From NCBI GenBank assembly GCA_963797095.1, contig CAWCNY010000004.1:352001-416000 (forward strand): a DNA stretch of 64,000 nt. The letters are read 5' to 3'. Below the pieces are notes generated by a model. It saw only the letters and a program-made list of their open reading frames with translations, was not told where the DNA came from and did not search any database. A program made the translations under genes and the position numbers. How positions within the stretch are numbered: position 1 is the first letter of the stretch; each line of letters opens with the position of its first letter. Origin of the DNA: an uncultured Chloroflexia bacterium. GTDB lineage: Bacteria; Chloroflexota; Chloroflexia; QHBQ01; JADMIH01. Below are positions 60,301-64,000 of this stretch, one piece after another.

Positions 60301-60491
60301 CCGGTCGGTGCGGCCACCATCACGCTCTCATCACTCGCCAGGTGGGTGATAGCCTCCTCCTGGAATGCATCTAAGAGAAATGAGTAGCGCGAGCGGAACT
60401 CTCTTAGAAGTTCGTCGGATACGCGATTTCGGGTCTGAGAGTGTTGTTCTTCGGGAACAGGAACAGGAAGTTGTTTAGGTTTCTTTGGCAT
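57384..60491 (-). CDS. Ski2-like (HelY) DEAD/DEAH RNA helicase
   Basis: APTGTGKT, PIKALSNQK, DEIH, LSAT, HHAGL, QMAGRAGRRGID; DSHCT-like C-terminus. Confidence 0.93.
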   Translation of the reverse strand: MPKKPKQLPVPVPEEQHSQTRNRVSDELLREFRSRYSFLLDAFQEEAITHLASDESVMVAAPTGTGKTVVAEFGVFRMAQKGLRVMYTTPIKALSNQKFRDLRDQYGADRVGLLTGDIIENRHGQIMVMTTEVLRNMLLQTPSELWDVGCIIFDEIHYLADPERGTTWEELIIMCPHYIQLVCLSATVSNAPEVADWISRTHRPIHLVTHLKRAVPLSLYYFLDGKLNLVINSKGQQVVDFNVGGETRKKQLRGNRRAPILEEERISRERTEPTPREIVETLEKDDLLPAIFFQFSRRDCEAAAEVCAMMRLQAVRDPRTLARINDILASYLERLSPEDRHLEQVQLVVYLARRGFGFHHAGLLPILKQLVEELFGEALMRVVFATDTLALGVNMPARSVVIGRMSKWDGVSKRPLLPNEFQQMAGRAGRRGIDEQGHVVIPYSPFVTFHEALNIATGPLRPVESAFTMRYNTVLNLWETPRVLDEGRSTTYEALPEGEPRIAGAQTSPGTSPEERVLSVMRASLLQFQQNRRLRDLEEDLDEEEERLAEVPVGCLIGYENGEELLDEYEKLGRVLDEARRMEKKAEQNLLYLQSQREGIPWRRPERDELRRAFRTIHKGALMHLANRGWAVYLGHGLGAVVGLFLEVAPPDNPRSKDGSPKLQGSSVLPVTEYRQIDYLPEPGVSVSLPSALTTLAVPPTVPLDQLLPADEMAALEAELKAALEKLPDLEEWIAEYRANLSAQVGAAAEKAQAGLEQARREVQGAAEAERNHVCHACKVRKEHRQYRRQRARLMLDRDAAERRLQESRRYEETRLQNTLNGLVNVLVQFSYIRKGALTDKARKLADIFDSNALMITEMIEGNYLEGLKPEDLAEIFSWFAYDRDIDFLNRLLLPRYIVNLRRELDDLQNAIFQAERRQDLRLTPGYNPFFFGAARAWCKGTSLADLLDSMDMSEGDLVMTFNKTLDIMRQVRDMFIHQNPENPLLGGLQEADRMMRRGVVEMAYTLGFGPAEEQKGEQASEDETSNDSRLEESP

Positions 60492-60636
60492 AGGTTGGTT
60501 AGTAGGACCAGGAGTAAATGGGATAGACTAATCTACTTCAAAAGTGTGTTATACTATTTTCCTGAGGCAATATACTGCACTGACACCGGCTATAAAGTGC
60601 GGCCGGTAGTTTATTGTGCTGGCAAAGGAGGACCCG

Positions 60637-62904
60637 ATGGGAGCTTCTGATAATAGGCATTTCATGTCAGCGTTGCGGCGAGGTCTTCTTGTGTGTGGAG
60701 CAGTCCTACTTTTGCTGGTTAGCATATTGATTGTAACATCCACCTCCAGGGCGTCAAGTGATTACTCACCCTACCTTGCACCATGCCCGGCGTGGGCAAT
60801 TGATTCTACACCGAGCGAAGGTACCTTGGGCAGCGTTCTATCTTCGGTATCGGCAGTATCCGCCAATGAGATATGGGCCGCAGGCTACACAATATATCAG
60901 CAGGTGGGACCGGACACCTCTTATAAGAATCTTGTAGAGCGCTGGGATGGCACTGCCTGGCAGATCATATCTACACCAAATCCGGACGCAACCACTAATT
61001 ATCTCAATGCAGTACTCGCATTCTCCAGCCAGGATGTGTGGGTCTCAGGTACCGGCGGAGGCGGTGACAAGCCACAGCCATTTCTGCTTCATTGGGATGG
61101 TCAGCAATGGAACAATGCCACGCTTCCGGCGCTTGATCCCTCTGGCAATGAGTTGTACGCCCTTGCGGGAACAGGACCACAGGATATATGGGCTGTAGGG
61201 AGTATCGGCTGCAATAAGTGCAAGACCGAACACAGCTTGGTGCTTCACTACAACGGTGTGGACTGGCAATCGGTAGGTGTGTACGCAGGTGCATACGCTG
61301 ATGCTATCTTTGGCATGTCAGTGCTCTCGCCAACAGAAGTATGGTTTGCTGGGTACCAAGTTGGGGATGAGGTGCAGCCTCTAACAATGAGATGGGATGG
61401 TCAACACATAGAGAATATTGAGACTATTGTACTACCTGGAAACAGAGGCATCCTGCTGGCGATTAAGGCTCTGAGTTCTTCTGATGTTTGGGCGGTCGGC
61501 TATTCGAACACGTATAAGACGGCAAGTCAGAAGCACAAGCTGCTAATTCACTTCGACGGCGAGTACTGGCAGGAGATCAGCTCCCCAAATCCTAGCGAGG
61601 AAGGAGCTCAATTGAATGCAATTGATGGCAGCGGACCGAACGATATTTGGGCAGTAGGTTCCTTCATCGCATCTGCCAAGCCATATGCGTTCATTCTGCA
61701 CTACGACGGCCATACATGGTCCCAATCTGACAACCCCAATCCCGGCGATCACGCCACTCTCTACAGTGCTTCAGTAACACCTAATGGCGACCTGTATGCT
61801 TCAGGCTGTCAATCAGGAGCTGGTGGATTGGAGCAAACGGCCACGCTTGTCGAGCGCTACACAGACAATTGCACACAACCACCATCCACTGCAGTACCGA
61901 CTGCTTCCAGCCCGACAAATACTCCCACACTGATACCAACGGTTCAAATTCCAGGGACGAGCAGCCGTACTTTTCCAGAAACAGATGAGACTTTAAACGG
62001 CGTATTTCTTGATTATTGGCAGCAAAATGGTGGATTAGCCCAACAAGGTTATCCTATTTCCGGTCTTATTGGCGAGATTTCGCCTTTAGACAAGAAGCCT
62101 TACACTGTGCAATACTTCGAGCGTGCGGTATTTGAATATCACCCTGAGAACCAACCACCATACGAGGTGCTTCTATCGCAGCTTGGCAGATTCCAATATG
62201 ATCAGAAGTATCCGGATGGTGCTCCAAACCAAAGACCGAGCACAAGCACGGATTCGGTGCTCTTCTCAGAAACCGGCAAGCGTCTTGGTGGCAGGTTCCT
62301 GCAATACTGGCAGCAGAATGGCGGATTGACCCAACAAGGTTACCCTATTTCCGATGAGTTCGATGAAAAGTCGGACCTTGATGGCAAAATATACACTGTC
62401 CAATACTTCGAGCGTGGCGTGTTTGAGTATCATCCTGAGAACCAACCACCATACGACGTACTACTCTCGCAACTTGGCACATTTCGGTACAAAGTACAAT
62501 ACGGTGGAGAAACGCAAGCACATTCTACACCTACAAATCAGCCCCAAATTACCCCTACAGCTACGCTGGTGGTCCCGCAAGCGACGGCGACCGCAACAGG
62601 GCCATGTGACGGCATACCAGATGGCGATCCCGATATTGAGTTCCTGAGCGGACGCTGTGTCTACAGAGGCGCAGTTGTGAAGACTCGGGTGCGCTCATTC
62701 GATAGTGAGCAAATAGTGGTCACCGTATATGGTCCTGATTCAGATACACTCCATGATCCCTCACAACGAGTGTACATTCGGGGTCAAGATTATGTCGACG
62801 TAAATTTCGGTACTGTTGATAAAGAACCCGGTATTTATAGAGTAACAGTAGAGGGCGTCACCACACACCGGAAGGGTAGTACCTACTTCAAAGTAATACC
62901 CTAA
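60637..62904 (+). CDS. Secreted beta-propeller-like protein with two Chloroflexi-type surface repeats
   Basis: Signal peptide; about six DxWAVG..HWDGxxW repeats; two YWQQNGGL..YFER..HPEN repeats; RBS AAGGAGG. Confidence 0.8.
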   Translation: MGASDNRHFMSALRRGLLVCGAVLLLLVSILIVTSTSRASSDYSPYLAPCPAWAIDSTPSEGTLGSVLSSVSAVSANEIWAAGYTIYQQVGPDTSYKNLVERWDGTAWQIISTPNPDATTNYLNAVLAFSSQDVWVSGTGGGGDKPQPFLLHWDGQQWNNATLPALDPSGNELYALAGTGPQDIWAVGSIGCNKCKTEHSLVLHYNGVDWQSVGVYAGAYADAIFGMSVLSPTEVWFAGYQVGDEVQPLTMRWDGQHIENIETIVLPGNRGILLAIKALSSSDVWAVGYSNTYKTASQKHKLLIHFDGEYWQEISSPNPSEEGAQLNAIDGSGPNDIWAVGSFIASAKPYAFILHYDGHTWSQSDNPNPGDHATLYSASVTPNGDLYASGCQSGAGGLEQTATLVERYTDNCTQPPSTAVPTASSPTNTPTLIPTVQIPGTSSRTFPETDETLNGVFLDYWQQNGGLAQQGYPISGLIGEISPLDKKPYTVQYFERAVFEYHPENQPPYEVLLSQLGRFQYDQKYPDGAPNQRPSTSTDSVLFSETGKRLGGRFLQYWQQNGGLTQQGYPISDEFDEKSDLDGKIYTVQYFERGVFEYHPENQPPYDVLLSQLGTFRYKVQYGGETQAHSTPTNQPQITPTATLVVPQATATATGPCDGIPDGDPDIEFLSGRCVYRGAVVKTRVRSFDSEQIVVTVYGPDSDTLHDPSQRVYIRGQDYVDVNFGTVDKEPGIYRVTVEGVTTHRKGSTYFKVIP

Positions 62905-62907
62905 CGA

Positions 62908-64000
62908 CTACGAAGATGCCTTTGCAAGGCGGGCGAAGAGCCTCCCCCAATAACGCAGGCTGGTACGGTAGTGGTCTAGCCGTACATGCTCGTTGGGAGA
63001 GTGGATAGCGGAGCCTTCGTAGCCGGGACCGCAAATCTTGGCGGTAGGAATCCCCAGCCCATTGGCGATCAATGCGAAGGGGCCGCTACCGCCCGTCATC
63101 GGCTGGGCCGACGCACCTCCAGCTTCCAGTTCATCCCACACCAACAGAGCATCCTTGATAAACGGGTGGTCAACAGGTGTCTTGCCCGGCACGCGTCCCC
63201 CAAGCATGACCAGTTGCACGTCTGTGAAGCCGCGCCTGTCAAGATGGGCACGAATAAGCTCCATCATCTTCTCAGGTGATTGTGTTGGCACCAGGCGAAA
63301 GTCCATCTTCGCGACGGCCGTGGACGGCACAATCGTCTTGGAACGCGGGCCGCTGTAGCCGCTCACCAAGCCCTGGATGTTGGCCGTCGGCCCAAAGAGG
63401 CGCGCGCGCAATACATCACGCCCTGTAAGGCCCCTCTGCCAATGGCCCAGGCCATAAAGCTTCTTGAGGGCTTCTTCGTCAAACGGCATGGCATCTAGGG
63501 CGGCAAGATCTGTTGGCGTCGGAGGCTCAATCAGGGCGTCAAGACCGTCAAGGGTAATCCTGTCGTCGCTATCCTTGATAGTGGCAAGCGCCTGCACTAA
63601 TCGCCACGCGGGATTGGGGACGATGCCTCCATCGCGCGAATGCACGTCACGGACCGGGCCGGTTGCTCTCAATTCCACATTCAAAAGCCCTTTCTGGCCG
63701 CAGATCACCACCGGTTGCTCTAGCTCATTGCGGCTGCCGTTCTCCCATGCGCAGAAATCGGCCTGAAGGCGAGATGCATTGGTAAGCACAATGTCTCCCA
63801 AGTGAGGGCTTGTTATCTCTTCCTCTCCCTCTATCAGCCAGCGCAGGCGCAGCGGCAGTGCGCCAATCGTGGACTCGTAGGCACGTATGGCCTGAATGCG
63901 CCCAAGCAAGTCGCCCCTATCGTCAGCCACTCCTCGCGCATAGAACTTGCCATCTCGGACTTCCCCTGCGTAGGGAGGGCTATCCCACAATTCAAGAGGC
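62908..64000 (-). CDS. M20/M25/M40 metallopeptidase, 5' end outside the window
   Basis: YARGVADD, EGEEE, DVHS, DFRLVP, HSPNEH; the frame stays open to the window edge. Confidence 0.9.
   Translation of the reverse strand, partial: PLELWDSPPYAGEVRDGKFYARGVADDRGDLLGRIQAIRAYESTIGALPLRLRWLIEGEEEITSPHLGDIVLTNASRLQADFCAWENGSRNELEQPVVICGQKGLLNVELRATGPVRDVHSRDGGIVPNPAWRLVQALATIKDSDDRITLDGLDALIEPPTPTDLAALDAMPFDEEALKKLYGLGHWQRGLTGRDVLRARLFGPTANIQGLVSGYSGPRSKTIVPSTAVAKMDFRLVPTQSPEKMMELIRAHLDRRGFTDVQLVMLGGRVPGKTPVDHPFIKDALLVWDELEAGGASAQPMTGGSGPFALIANGLGIPTAKICGPGYEGSAIHSPNEHVRLDHYRTSLRYWGRLFARLAKASS

Overview
This is a bacterial chromosomal window, very likely from Chloroflexota (inferred from 'YWQQNGGL...YFER' repeats, an SLH protein and the intergenic repeat style). 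It mixes housekeeping genes (metB-like, pdxR/pdxST, rsgA, pckA, udk, gltX, yvcK-gap-pgk-tpiA, cfa, a Ski2-like helicase), two ABC systems, a two-component system and many membrane glycosyltransferases. The best candidate for an undescribed system is a compact minus-strand cluster at 31.7-35.3 kb. It encodes a BpsA-type (branched-polyamine) aminopropyltransferase, a GNAT lacking the acetyl-CoA loop, SAM decarboxylase, a short FkbH glyceryl transferase and an acyl carrier protein, with no PKS/NRPS in the window; this suggests a glyceryl-polyamine pathway, and it lies downstream of flippase/O-antigen-ligase/GT4 genes. Other notable features: a 750-nt ORF-less group IIB intron with EBS1/IBS1 and EBS2/IBS2 pairings intact; a 31-unit TACGCAG array and other heptamer arrays; two dispersed repeat families; an ECF sigma lacking DAED; a membrane-anchored Cas4-like nuclease; two frameshifted genes; and an apparent GC-skew change near 47-49 kb. 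All calls come from reading motifs by eye; no database searches were run.
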